Shown here in pieces: positions 47,701 through 56,209 of a DNA stretch of 64,000 nucleotides. The DNA is from Candidatus Omnitrophota bacterium (GTDB taxonomy: Bacteria; Omnitrophota; Omnitrophia; Omnitrophales; JACROU01). Under the pieces are notes generated by a model. The model saw only the letters and a list, made by a program, of their open reading frames with translations. It had not been told where the DNA came from and did not search any database. Position 1 is the stretch's first letter. Each line of letters opens with the position of its first letter. Where the stretch lies: NCBI GenBank assembly GCA_029261035.1, contig JAJDCD010000022.1, positions 16,063 through 80,062 of the forward strand, read 5' to 3'. A program made the translations under genes and the position numbers.

Positions 47701-50700
47701 TAAATGAAGCATTAGGACTTTTGGAAAATAAAGGTTTTATCGTTTTTGAAGGCACCGATAAAAAAGTTGTTCGTTTGACTGCTACGGGTCGAGTGATGGG
47801 AACGCGTCCTAGAAAAGGGAAGTCGGAGCTAGCTACAGCTTATGGTGTTACTAATTCTTATCTCGTCGGTTATCAATATGTGGATGAATGGTTGTTTGGT
47901 AATGGAGCTATTCTGGATTCAATTGAAGGGGATCGATTAGATCGTGTGATGGATGTTTGGGGTTCTGGAGGAAGTCATAAGGCTTACTTGGGGGGTGTAT
48001 TGTCTTATATGGAAGAAGTGTTTAATAAACCCCTAGAAGATCAGCCTGAAGGCTATGCGGATATGGGCAGTGGTAGTGGAGAGATGGCTGAAGAAATTAC
48101 AGATTTTATTCTTAATAAAACAGCGCGCGGTAACGTTCTGGAAGAGAAGGCTTTAACTGTGGTTACCTCGGACTATGATCGAGCATCTCAAAGACGTTCT
48201 CGAGCTACGATGGAAACAGCTTTTGGAAATAGAAAGGACATTCATTTAGAAACACTTTATGGTGATATTACAAAACCGGGTGAATATGATGCTGCAATTC
48301 GAAATTCATCCGATCTCAATGGAGCAACTGCTCGTAATTTGGTGCATTCTCAATTTTTTATACCTCACGAACGTTTTCTTCAATTAAAGTATGATGAAAA
48401 AAATAATGCGTTAGATATTATTCGTGAGAGTTTAAGTGCCGTTGATCGAGTTCAGCTAAAAAAAGCCTTAGAGCTTTTAGGAGAAACAAGAGAATTGCCA
48501 ACAGGTGAGAACGAGTTATTTGAGTTTGTTATTCGTCAATTCACAACCTCTTATTCGGATCGAGGTCGCTTGATTCCAGCTGTAGTTCAGGCTGCGGATT
48601 TAATGCAGTTTATGAGAAAGTGGGCGCCTTATACCCAACATGGATTAATTGTTTTAGATTTACATACACCTAGAGTTAACAGTCTGCTATTTCAGGATAT
48701 CCCAAAGGATTTAAATCAACCCATGACCGTGGAATTAACTCCAGCGGTTGCTTATTGGGGAACCCATTGGATTCCGAGAAAGAACGCGCCATCCCAATTG
48801 ATTATGCCTTATGAAGAATATAACCTTGTGATGGTTTTAGCCGGGATGACGCCAATTAGTCCAAAGCAATACCCTCCTAAAAAGACATTGCCAACCAACG
48901 TAAGTTTGACGCTTTACCGTGAGTCTAGTGCCGCAAACTCATTGGGTAAGGAGAATGATTTTCCTTTAACTCAGAAAGAGGCTCTTCAGATGATTTCGAA
49001 GAGAACTTTTAAAACGAAAGACTTAGATCGTATTCAAGGTGTTCCAGTTTCTAAAAGTAATATTTCATACAAACACCCCTATGTAACAGAAACGCAGATG
49101 AAATTATTAGCGAAAGTTTCTGAACAGAAGTATACGGATGAAGAACTTGATGTTGTTATTCAAGGAGGTTTTTTTAAGCCATTAACTCCAAAAGAAAGAG
49201 AAGAAGCTAATAAATTAGAAGATGCTCGAGGCTTTTATCTTTTTGATGAGCGTGATGTTTTGTTTCGTAGAGTAGATGTGGAACGATTATTAAATGGAAT
49301 GATTAGAGAAAAATATGCGCGTCGTCTTATGCGCACAGATCGTATTCGGATTGTTAGGTTATTAAATATTAAAGGAAACAAAGAGCATTGGGAAGTTCAG
49401 ACTTATGGAAAGATTCAATTAATCCCTGTTGCAGTAGTCAGAGAATGGTTAGAAGAAAAAGAACGTTTAGTTCATAGAGCAGTGGCTAAAAAAGTTTTAG
49501 AAGGGTTGGGTATTCGAATTGGTTCTTTTTACAGTTTTCTTAAGAAGCCTAAGAGTCATCTGAAAGGAGTTCAATTACCTGAACATAATAAAGAAAGAGG
49601 TGATTTGCTAAGTGTTAATTTGTATGGTTCTCCTGAATATCTAGATATACGAACTCTATGGTGGATTGTTGAACATCACACTAAAAAACAAGTGGTGAGT
49701 CAGCCTGGAAGTTCGGGGAGTGGAAGAGATGTGTCCAATGCTTCAAGTTTAGGCAATCCAGATAAAAGCGAAAAGTCAGAACGAATACAAAAGGCCATAA
49801 AAAAGACAGGGTATTCGGTGAAAAAATTTACTTCAAAAATGAGAGGGGAAATGTCGGCCTCTACCTTAGCTAGTTGGGCTAGTGGATATTACGAACCGAC
49901 CCTAGAGCAGGTTCAGTGGGTGGAATTAGAATCGGAGCGTTTAATGAAAAAGGTGAGAAAGCAAATTGTTAAACGTGTTCTTTATTTAAAAAATCTTTTA
50001 GATTTATCTCCCAATAAATTTCTTCAATTATTAAAAACAGAATTAAATTGGAAACGTTTTCCAACAGTACTTCAAATAACAGAAGGTGACTTTGACTTAA
50101 CCCCTTCTCAGCTAGAAGAAATTGAGTTGGTAGCAAAAAAAACTATTGCCGAGGAGTTTCGTTATTTGAGAAGAGAGATCTTGAACGAGGGGCAAATTAC
50201 TTTTTCAGATTATCTGGAAACTCATCAAGTGACATTGTCTCGTTACGAGAGAGGTGTTTTGCCGATTACAGTGGATTTAGCTAAAGCTTTAAGAAAAGCG
50301 CGAAGGATTGTTTATGAAAAAGCTCCTGAGAAACTAAAACGAACTCGACTTCAGTTAGATGTATCTCAAGTAAAAATGGGGGAATTGTTAGGTTTTAAGG
50401 TCCAACATGTAAGAAAAAAGACAGAAAACTTAGAGTCAGGTCATACGTTGATGCCTCCTGGGTTATTGCAAAAGGCTCAAAAGCTTTTGGGTACTTTAAA
50501 GAAACAGACAGGTCTTAAACTTCGTTTTTATAGAGAGCGAGCAGGATTGACCCAAGAAGAGCTGGTTGAAGCGATTGACGTTGAAGGCGTTGATAAAGCG
50601 CGAAACATTAGTTTGTTTGAAAAGGGAACGTTGGTGACGCCTTATGAAGTGATGGTGCGAACTAAAGAAATAGCTCGAGAAACAGTTACAGATGAAAATC

Positions 50701-51683
50701 TAAAAAGAGGATTGGAATTAAAATTTTATCGACTTCAAACAGGAATGACTCAACCTGAGTTTGTTGAAGCGCTTAATTTGGATAGTATCAATGAAGGCCG
50801 TCAAGAACTTGGAAGAATGGAAAGAGGGCTGTATCACGTACCTCAAGAAGTTCTCGATGCTGCTCGATTTATAGCTCAGAGACGCTCTGATTTTTCATTG
50901 TTCGAAACTTCAGCTGCTAGTTTAGGTTTAGAGAAATCTGTTATTGAAGTTGCGCGTTTCCCTGGTCAACGATTGTTTCGTGTTTCGGAATTGAGTGGGG
51001 AGCGTATTGGAGAGTTCTTTGAACAATTGGGTTTAGCGGATTCTACTTCTGTTGATAAGGATGTTCAATTATTTAATAAGGATTTAACTATCTTACTTTC
51101 AAATTTAGGTTTTGCTGATAGGCGTCAGCAAGAGAGAAGGTCTCTGCCTTTGATTTTAAACCAAGAAGTTTTGAATATGTATCAGAAGGAATCTGAAAAA
51201 GTTGTTCATAAAATATTAGGGGCAGTAAAACGAGGGGATGAGCTTTTAATTTTAAAGACAGAAAGAAAGGCATCTCGTTTGATTGATCAGTTGAAAACTA
51301 AGGCTCATGGAAAAGTGAAAATTCAAGTTTTGCCCGAAGCGCTTTTCAACTCTCAAAGAGTTGGGGTCTTAACTGAAAAATATCAAACAAAGCCAATTCT
51401 CGTAGAGTCTCTGTCTTCTGGAAAAAGAGATCAAGTTTCTGTGGACGAAATTCGGTTGGACTTAGATGCATTTACCCAAAGAGGAATTGATCCCATTCAG
51501 GTATTAGCCTTAATTAGGAGAATGGCGGATGATCCGAATAAAAGGGCTCAGTTGTTCTTTGAGGCTGGATTTGACTTTAACCAGGACCGTCAATATTGGG
51601 TTGTGGGACAACGCTTTGTACAGATTATGACCCAAATCTACTCCGAATACCTCCAATCGCGTCAGATAGCCCAGGCGGCCTAA
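41709..51683 (+). CDS. giant multidomain protein (3324 aa): signal/anchor, 2× DUF89-like, O-methyltransferase-like SAM domain, 5× XRE-type HTH repeats
   Basis: Uninterrupted ORF. The TTG start at 41709 or 41721 is uncertain (GGAGA RBS precedes 41721). Domain coordinates are given in the findings. Confidence 0.8.
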   Translation: METQLNSDSKLIKVLAFFISFYFTLFSTFSYAKAIPVAQVGSYGDNPLSISIPSELGILRNSTPIFQKKGIIFHIQDAHGQLEAQENIEKLLHYLNSEHNVNLIFMEGALQGSVSKDLLRFYSEPKANENVVEQLLEKGLIGGAEKFLVNSDKETKGFGVENSSLYRENLELFRDVYKYRKITDIFLSQFRSRIDLLSTHYFNSDLRKFVMEWLKFSRKENLQYRFIQFLNKSSKKYLNLDLNNPRTQLRYPQLTRFFTLKKLEEELKGEDAQKDLKVEKVKFNNWLTNKDISSETQNLFKLLLDFHSLSSVSNIKFDIRKTLEIFYTQASKKGFQFQDYPQLTRVIGSLMLSQELQATQLFLEVEGVSEAILGKLTQSEIEKDLVGLIKKYLSLKKLFALELTREDWRKINLYGIHLIAPEELVSSIHGTVESKRIEELKVDFEIKEAFEKATQFYAVAEKRESVIVESVLINTKENQNAVLVTGGFHSGGLRDLVEKGRKTFIEITPKVTHLNSDHTYLNQMLLSDVSTVPSLSLGKLSLPQIDRNFGSESGRYVLSQLMPILSRTDGRSGIAFDVHGIKPTHRLEQPQLQTVSVAASLGNNYLENAFFKSARFVSRILPTTWKEDIKSVIFRRLAKNLKKAIVEFAIQYEDLHPGAQIDKPTKEMQEAFLKIARPLVEKWSSKLKNKLRYRFLLPLVLNYPEGDEEYRRNSIFIDKDTGFGIFTHVWKKDGKTLIHNHDGTMALLMPFTNEMKEEVYQLVEKPKSPEWDKQIHDLEMIEERKLGLGTVASFTRGQRSIHRVKNSSPSREGLVMEIYVWMESNPPKQVNVPIPVWGEEKAHFILREEAGKLAVPLHQTLKPHSGQLIRPEMVGVFVDHLKLQMEEYAQKGKVYPIFIFDGKQIYVFEDVEKAFEWYYELDPANRPDVYIKLTEEQEYAFLDASNVNFHQESLGSSLGLSVTEEVQEKAELFRTLKGVGDVEFIDAFIQNVYYSLLDSPPSEIVVDPENYQEGPSLFVDYREKWLKHFEGYFDIATLLQDATPEFIDYMKAILLKMFFERFPEVDNLPVRAIEELVYEFIRLITGMPEVMSFFKMRALRVGVHELPLLHLNSSATSNAREMGHYLMGFAAQANIATSDDFRAAGIDMYETEQRMKRNTTFDEDQKQDLIEEPFAKYAMRIREVQPKFSIDARNPLLNRLLERNEEDEIKSKQILYFLDNTMESIFDLGLIRWMIQMGHQVTLVAKEKEADNDMTVDDVNLLLSLEQVKDFFKDIDIQEKIKVISSGSATRGTNLRRATPVLVEAWQQAEIIISKGEGNRGTLQGVNKDVYHFVMAKQGHETPGIHQGTIAVEHVLAAKKTEASSLGVENVDDSMQEFILRYLEPKLPSPQIVAKPKQYRMTSNVFSSTHPEIKEKRIANTFLYLEMMMQGLSAETQEKNRLLLKRFMDRPELEGVNLRLFSLIVYDFIKILTERKEGLSNAKKEAYSIVLDILHISKHEFEGLESAREQGALAIDFATRGNQTTYRTFLEISQGSIPTIGYRAHMMALTNEPLAWSVDDRSELLDLLLESEKGKVKSKHVLYLLDNVIEDVFDLILVQWLLEQGHTVTLVVKELEAGNDTTFEDINYLIQQEKVLEYLKQSGNVFNINIVSSKSATHATDLRFVTEEDNLGLYHSWLAADVIIAKGEGNRGALQGIHKDFFSLVNSKAGYETPGIKKGTRAVERNLGYQSRTALRSTVFQHINGIVLAPVMNSLAKRGVFNLFRPSEGGYEEVSEMGETRAETMDEDEALDDAGLSRVLTLKQIAESRFANRAIVEGNPEDNMGNLYGALRMLALQGWLTMEGVDEETKFALTEQGWKAVGLAEKGTYIPSVEAVSNLNQLYRLIRGPPAGLGMLFRQKSENDEQLKSYKKLIQLSKKNWGIRGAKYSIEERVYQQVVKQMDGMLLGPTFVALAMPLYEERGEKIEKTGPSFFEHFDPETHTLDLTTLKGSFHPEFLNEALGLLENKGFIVFEGTDKKVVRLTATGRVMGTRPRKGKSELATAYGVTNSYLVGYQYVDEWLFGNGAILDSIEGDRLDRVMDVWGSGGSHKAYLGGVLSYMEEVFNKPLEDQPEGYADMGSGSGEMAEEITDFILNKTARGNVLEEKALTVVTSDYDRASQRRSRATMETAFGNRKDIHLETLYGDITKPGEYDAAIRNSSDLNGATARNLVHSQFFIPHERFLQLKYDEKNNALDIIRESLSAVDRVQLKKALELLGETRELPTGENELFEFVIRQFTTSYSDRGRLIPAVVQAADLMQFMRKWAPYTQHGLIVLDLHTPRVNSLLFQDIPKDLNQPMTVELTPAVAYWGTHWIPRKNAPSQLIMPYEEYNLVMVLAGMTPISPKQYPPKKTLPTNVSLTLYRESSAANSLGKENDFPLTQKEALQMISKRTFKTKDLDRIQGVPVSKSNISYKHPYVTETQMKLLAKVSEQKYTDEELDVVIQGGFFKPLTPKEREEANKLEDARGFYLFDERDVLFRRVDVERLLNGMIREKYARRLMRTDRIRIVRLLNIKGNKEHWEVQTYGKIQLIPVAVVREWLEEKERLVHRAVAKKVLEGLGIRIGSFYSFLKKPKSHLKGVQLPEHNKERGDLLSVNLYGSPEYLDIRTLWWIVEHHTKKQVVSQPGSSGSGRDVSNASSLGNPDKSEKSERIQKAIKKTGYSVKKFTSKMRGEMSASTLASWASGYYEPTLEQVQWVELESERLMKKVRKQIVKRVLYLKNLLDLSPNKFLQLLKTELNWKRFPTVLQITEGDFDLTPSQLEEIELVAKKTIAEEFRYLRREILNEGQITFSDYLETHQVTLSRYERGVLPITVDLAKALRKARRIVYEKAPEKLKRTRLQLDVSQVKMGELLGFKVQHVRKKTENLESGHTLMPPGLLQKAQKLLGTLKKQTGLKLRFYRERAGLTQEELVEAIDVEGVDKARNISLFEKGTLVTPYEVMVRTKEIARETVTDENLKRGLELKFYRLQTGMTQPEFVEALNLDSINEGRQELGRMERGLYHVPQEVLDAARFIAQRRSDFSLFETSAASLGLEKSVIEVARFPGQRLFRVSELSGERIGEFFEQLGLADSTSVDKDVQLFNKDLTILLSNLGFADRRQQERRSLPLILNQEVLNMYQKESEKVVHKILGAVKRGDELLILKTERKASRLIDQLKTKAHGKVKIQVLPEALFNSQRVGVLTEKYQTKPILVESLSSGKRDQVSVDEIRLDLDAFTQRGIDPIQVLALIRRMADDPNKRAQLFFEAGFDFNQDRQYWVVGQRFVQIMTQIYSEYLQSRQIAQAA

Positions 51684-51711
51684 TTTTACCTAATTCAGTC
51701 CCTGTCCCAAA

Positions 51712-51761
51712 GGTGACTGTCACTAAAGTGACAGTCACCGGTATCAAAGCGGCATTTTTTT
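51712..51761 (+). terminator. 13-bp-arm perfect inverted repeat (GGTGACTGTCACT-AAA-GTGACAGTCACC) followed within 15 nt by T8
   Basis: Seen directly downstream of the giant gene stop. It is a probable terminator or a protein-binding palindrome. Confidence 0.55.
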
Positions 51762-51853
51762 AAAATAATACTGGAATTTTAGGCTAAAAGTGATATAACG
51801 ACTTCTTGCGATGTGGAGAATTACCTATGTTTTTATAGGGTCTTGGAGGACGC

Positions 51854-52048
51854 ATGTTTAAAGGTACATATATTGTGTTATTTCTGTCATTTAGTTTATT
51901 TGCGATTTCGGGTTGCGAATATATGAATGTGGGAATGAATGATTCTGAAAGTGTGAATAGTGGGAACCAGTTTAAGCTTCAATTTAAGGAACGCCCTCAA
52001 GCCGATCCTGACGATGTCCCAGAAGAATTATTAGAAAACGATTACTAG
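51854..52048 (+). CDS. small lipoprotein (64 aa)
   Basis: Signal peptide with an …ISGC lipobox. Confidence 0.5.
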   Translation: MFKGTYIVLFLSFSLFAISGCEYMNVGMNDSESVNSGNQFKLQFKERPQADPDDVPEELLENDY

Positions 52049-52093
52049 TTTGACCAGAGGGCAGAAGTCAGAAAAAGCTTTTTACAAATGACC

Positions 52094-52126
52094 CTATCCG
52101 CTATGCGCTAAACGCTCTACGCTGAT
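52094..52126. repeat. family B motif CTATCCGCTATGCGCTAAACGCTCTACGCTGA 5' of lipA
   Basis: Seen directly. Confidence 0.55.
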
Positions 52127-52142
52127 AGACAAAGGATAAAAG

Positions 52143-53012
52143 ATGCAAACATTAGAAAGAAGACGGTTTCCAAGTTGGTTGAAAAGAGAATTGCCTACTC
52201 AATCTACTTTGAAAACGCATGATATTTTAGAGAAACATAAATTGAGTACCATTTGCGAATCGGCAAAATGCCCTAATCGAAGTGAATGTTATTCTAAAAA
52301 CACCGCAACTTTTTTAATTTTAGGGGAAGTTTGTACTCGGAGTTGTTCTTTTTGTTCTGTGAAGCCAGGAAAGCCAGGTGAGTTAGAATTAGATGAGCCG
52401 GAACGTGTTGCGAAGGCAGCTGTTGAGTTGGGCTTAAAGCATATCGTAGTAACATCCGTGAATCGGGATGATTTAGAATCGGGTGGCGCGGAAATTTTTG
52501 TAGAGACCATTAGAGAGTTAAGGGAGCGTATTCCGGAATGCACGATTGAAGTTTTGACTCCAGATTTTTGTGGAAATTGGGACTCTGTAAGAGCGATCAC
52601 AGATGCTGCGCCCGATGTTTATAATCATAATATGGAAACTGCGAAAGAATTGTACTCTAAGGTAAGGCCTCGAGGGATTTATACTCGGTCATTAGAATTA
52701 TTGGATTTGATCAAAAAGAGAAACCCAGACGTAATTACAAAAAGTGGATTTATGTTGGGTTGCGGGGAAACAAAACAACAAATTGATGTTTTGTTAGAAG
52801 ATTTAAGAAAAGTAGATTGTGACATTGTGACTGTGGGGCAGTATTTGCAGCCCATTGATTCTAAAATGAAAGTAGAAGAATTTGTTCACCCATCTGTTTT
52901 TGAAGATATAGAGAAACAAGCAAAACAAATGGGTTTTAAAGAAGCTTATTGTGCTCCTTTTGTACGAAGCTCGTATCATGCGGGTGAGGTTATGGAAACG
53001 GTTAGAAAATAA
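52143..53012 (+). CDS. lipA: lipoyl synthase LipA
   Basis: Two Cys triads (CPNRSEC…, CTRSCSFC). Confidence 0.93.
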   Translation: MQTLERRRFPSWLKRELPTQSTLKTHDILEKHKLSTICESAKCPNRSECYSKNTATFLILGEVCTRSCSFCSVKPGKPGELELDEPERVAKAAVELGLKHIVVTSVNRDDLESGGAEIFVETIRELRERIPECTIEVLTPDFCGNWDSVRAITDAAPDVYNHNMETAKELYSKVRPRGIYTRSLELLDLIKKRNPDVITKSGFMLGCGETKQQIDVLLEDLRKVDCDIVTVGQYLQPIDSKMKVEEFVHPSVFEDIEKQAKQMGFKEAYCAPFVRSSYHAGEVMETVRK

Positions 53013-53130
53013 ATGAGCACGCAACTTAGGCGCACAGAGTAAGGCTCAAGTTGCCCGTGCGAATTTATCCCAGAAAGCTGCGACCCAGCAGCTTATCAGG
53101 GATCCAAATTAGAAGAAGAGGGAAAAGACA

Positions 53131-53364
53131 ATGGAAGTTAAATTAAAAACAGTATCTCCTGATGTAAGTGAAGCTACAATTAGTTATTGGCATTATGAAG
53201 AAGGAGATTATGTGGAAAAAGGGCAAGAGCTTGTTGAGATTAGTTTGAGTGGATCAAATTATAATATGCTATCACCTGCGACAGGGACGCTTTCAGAGGT
53301 TCTTTATGATGTTGGAGAAGTTGTTGAAGTTGGTGAAACGATAGCAGAGATAGAAGAAAATTAG
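53131..53364 (+). CDS. lipoyl/biotinyl-like domain protein lacking the modifiable lysine
   Basis: 77 aa with a hybrid-barrel pattern (EGDYVEKGQELVEISLSGSNYNMLSPATGTL). The ETDKA position reads SLSGSN. Confidence 0.55.
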   Translation: MEVKLKTVSPDVSEATISYWHYEEGDYVEKGQELVEISLSGSNYNMLSPATGTLSEVLYDVGEVVEVGETIAEIEEN

Positions 53365-53398
53365 AGGTTGTGGTTTGATGAGGGTCGATATCTAAATA

Positions 53399-53432
53399 CT
53401 GGATCCCCGACAAAAGATTTCGGGGATGACAT
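53399..53432. repeat. family A fragment CTGGATCCCCGACAAAAGATTTCGGGGATGACAT
   Basis: Upstream of the aminotransferase gene. Confidence 0.6.
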
Positions 53433-53466
53433 ATTTTTAAGCTGAAAGCGGATAAAGGAGTTTGTT

Positions 53467-54645
53467 GTGGACGAAGCAAGAAGAATGAAGCGGTTACCAC
53501 CGTACATTTTTACTATTGTAGATGCGTTAAAAAGAGAGATTAGAGAGCAGGGAGTTGATGTTATCGATTTTAGTATGGGTAACCCTGATTTACCACCACC
53601 CTCTAACGTGATTGAGCGTGTTACGGATGCTTTAAAAGAGCCTGCAATTCACAGATATTCTAAAAATGATGGTGTGATTGAAAAGAAACTTAGAAAAGTA
53701 ATTGCTGATTGGTATGAAAATAAATTTGGCGTTCGTTTAGACCCTGATACCGAAGTGCTTCCTTTGATTGGTTCAAAAGAAGGAATAGCGCATTTGTCTT
53801 TGGCTTACTTGAATAATGATGATTTAGCTCTTGTTCCGTCTCCTGCATACCCAGTACATTTTAATGGAGTGATTATGGCTGGTGGCATTCTTTATAATCT
53901 GCCACTGAAGGAAGAAGAGGGGTATTTGCCTGACTTTTTTTCACTTCCGAAACAGACAACAGATTTAACAAAGTTAACCATTATTGGTTATCCGCATAAT
54001 CCAACTACAGCAACATGTGATTTGGAATTTTTTAATAAAGTGGTGGCATGGGCAAAGGGAAAAAATATGATCGTGGCGCATGATCTTGCTTATTCCGATT
54101 TTGTTTACAACGGTGCTAAAGCTCATTCTATTTTGGAATCCAAGGGTGCTAAAGAACAATGTATTGAGTTTCATACTTTGTCTAAGTCTTATAGTATGCC
54201 TGGGTGGCGTATTGGTTTTGCTGTAGGAAATAAAAAAATTCTTGCAGGTCTTGCAAAGACGAAAAGTTATTGTGATTTTGGTATCTTTAGAGCGGTTCAA
54301 GAAGCAGCAATCGAAGCGATGTCAGGGCCGCAGGATTATGTAAAAAAGATATCAGAAATTTACAGAAAGAGAATTGACTTGTTTGTAGATGGGTTGAATG
54401 CAATTGGTTGGGAAACAAAGAAACCTAATTCTACATTTTATGTATGGACTCGTATTCCTCAAAAATTCACCTTCCATACCTCTTTAGAATTTTCCGAGTT
54501 ACTTTTGAGAGAGGTGGGTGTTGCCGTTTCTCCAGGAAGTGGGTTTGGAGAATATGGAGAAGGGTATATTCGTTTTGCTTTGGTAGAACCGGATGAGCGA
54601 ATGAAAGAAGCTTTAACTCGTATCAAAAAAGTGCTTAGCCTGTAA
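53467..54645 (+). CDS. class-I/II PLP-dependent aminotransferase
   Basis: …GYPHNPTTA… and LSKSYSMPGWRIGF (PLP-Lys). Confidence 0.8.
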   Translation: MDEARRMKRLPPYIFTIVDALKREIREQGVDVIDFSMGNPDLPPPSNVIERVTDALKEPAIHRYSKNDGVIEKKLRKVIADWYENKFGVRLDPDTEVLPLIGSKEGIAHLSLAYLNNDDLALVPSPAYPVHFNGVIMAGGILYNLPLKEEEGYLPDFFSLPKQTTDLTKLTIIGYPHNPTTATCDLEFFNKVVAWAKGKNMIVAHDLAYSDFVYNGAKAHSILESKGAKEQCIEFHTLSKSYSMPGWRIGFAVGNKKILAGLAKTKSYCDFGIFRAVQEAAIEAMSGPQDYVKKISEIYRKRIDLFVDGLNAIGWETKKPNSTFYVWTRIPQKFTFHTSLEFSELLLREVGVAVSPGSGFGEYGEGYIRFALVEPDERMKEALTRIKKVLSL

Positions 54646-54681
54646 CAACTCTCGCGTATTAAAGTTAGGAACATCATTTTT

Positions 54682-55542
54682 ATGTCTTCACAAAACAAAA
54701 AAAACGTAGCGCGTCCGATTGGTGTTTTTGATTCTGGATTAGGCGGTTTAACCGTTGTTAAAGAATTGAGAAGAAAACTTCCTAATGAAAAAATAATTTA
54801 CTTTGGTGATATTGCACGTCTACCTTATGGTATTAAATCTAAGAAACAAATCATAGAATGCTCAAAAGAAAATACTCAATTTTTGAAGAGCAAGAATGTT
54901 AAAGCTCTTGTTGTGGCTTGTAATTCATCCGCGAGTGTTTCTATCCCCACTTTGAAGAAGATATTCAAACTTCCAATTATCGATGTGATCCAACCTGCTG
55001 TTGAGGCGGCTGTGAGGACGACTCAAGCAGGGAGGATTGCCGTTTTAGGAACTCAAGCAACCATTGATAGTGGGGCTTATCAAAAAGCAATTAAAAAAAA
55101 AGACGAAAAGATAAAAGTATTTTCAATCGCTTGCCCTTTGTTTGTTCCTCTTGTTGAAGAAGGTTGGGCGAATAATGATATTGCAAAAAAAACGATAGAA
55201 ACCTATTTGTCCTCATTGAAGAGTAAGAAAATTGATGTGTTGATTTTAGGATGCACACATTATCCTTTGTTAAAAACAAGTATTCAGAAATTTATGGGGG
55301 ATAAAGTTGTTCTTATTGATTCGGCAGGGCCTACCGTTAAGACTTTAGCTGAAAAGGTTTTACTGAATCAAAAAAGTATTGGAAGTAATAAGGCTTTAGA
55401 AATTTGTGTTACTGATTTTCCTAGAAACTTTGTAAAAATAGGTGAGCGGTTTTTGGGGCATAAGATGGAAAAGGTGCAAGTGATTCAATTAAGTAAAGGG
55501 CTTCTTCGGGGTAAAGAATCAATGGTGTTATCGAGTGAGTAA
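54682..55542 (+). CDS. murI: glutamate racemase MurI
   Basis: GVFDSGLGGLTV and GCTHYP motifs. Confidence 0.9.
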   Translation: MSSQNKKNVARPIGVFDSGLGGLTVVKELRRKLPNEKIIYFGDIARLPYGIKSKKQIIECSKENTQFLKSKNVKALVVACNSSASVSIPTLKKIFKLPIIDVIQPAVEAAVRTTQAGRIAVLGTQATIDSGAYQKAIKKKDEKIKVFSIACPLFVPLVEEGWANNDIAKKTIETYLSSLKSKKIDVLILGCTHYPLLKTSIQKFMGDKVVLIDSAGPTVKTLAEKVLLNQKSIGSNKALEICVTDFPRNFVKIGERFLGHKMEKVQVIQLSKGLLRGKESMVLSSE

Positions 55543-56209
55543 AAAAGCAATTGTATTATTTTCTGGAGGTTTGGATTCAACGACTGTATTGTTCCAAGCT
55601 TTAAAAGAAGGCTATACAGTTCATGCCCTAACAATCCAATATGGCCAACTTCATTTTAAGGAAATTGATTCCGCAAAGAGAATTGCTGGAGATTTAGGGG
55701 TGCCCCATGAGGTGGTGCATTTGTCTTTACCTTGGAAAGGGAGTTCTTTAGTTGATTCGGAATTGAAGCTTCCCAAAAACAGAAGTGCTAATGAGATGGA
55801 AACAGGAATTCCTTCAACCTATGTTCCCGCGCGTAATACCTTATTTTTAAGTTATGCACTCTCTTGGGCTGAGGCGTCTCAGGCTGATTCAGTTTGGATT
55901 GGGGCAAATGCGATTGATTATAGTGGTTACCCTGATTGTCGTCCTGATTTTCTTGCGGCTATGGAAAATGTGTATTGTTTAGGCACCAAACTAGGAAGAG
56001 AAGGAAATCCAATTAAGATAAAAGCGCCTTTAGTAGAAAAAACAAAATCAGATATAGTAAAATTAGCCTTATCATTGAAAGTTCCCTTAGAACAGACTTG
56101 GTCTTGTTATCAAGGAGATGATCAGCCTTGTGAGAAGTGTGATTCTTGCCAATTAAGAGCTAAAGGCTTTCAAGAAGCCGGAGAAAAGGATCCTATTTTA
56201 TCATGTTAA
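55535..56209 (+). CDS. queC: 7-cyano-7-deazaguanine synthase QueC
   Basis: LFSGGLDSTT PP-loop and a C-terminal CxxC…CxxC Zn site. Confidence 0.9.
   Translation: MSKKAIVLFSGGLDSTTVLFQALKEGYTVHALTIQYGQLHFKEIDSAKRIAGDLGVPHEVVHLSLPWKGSSLVDSELKLPKNRSANEMETGIPSTYVPARNTLFLSYALSWAEASQADSVWIGANAIDYSGYPDCRPDFLAAMENVYCLGTKLGREGNPIKIKAPLVEKTKSDIVKLALSLKVPLEQTWSCYQGDDQPCEKCDSCQLRAKGFQEAGEKDPILSC

Noticed and set aside
41709-51683. Giant ORF as an NRPS/PKS megasynthase
   Set aside because: No condensation (HHxxxDG), adenylation, KS (CSSxL) or PCP (GxDS) motifs were seen. The MTase-like domain alone does not support that call.
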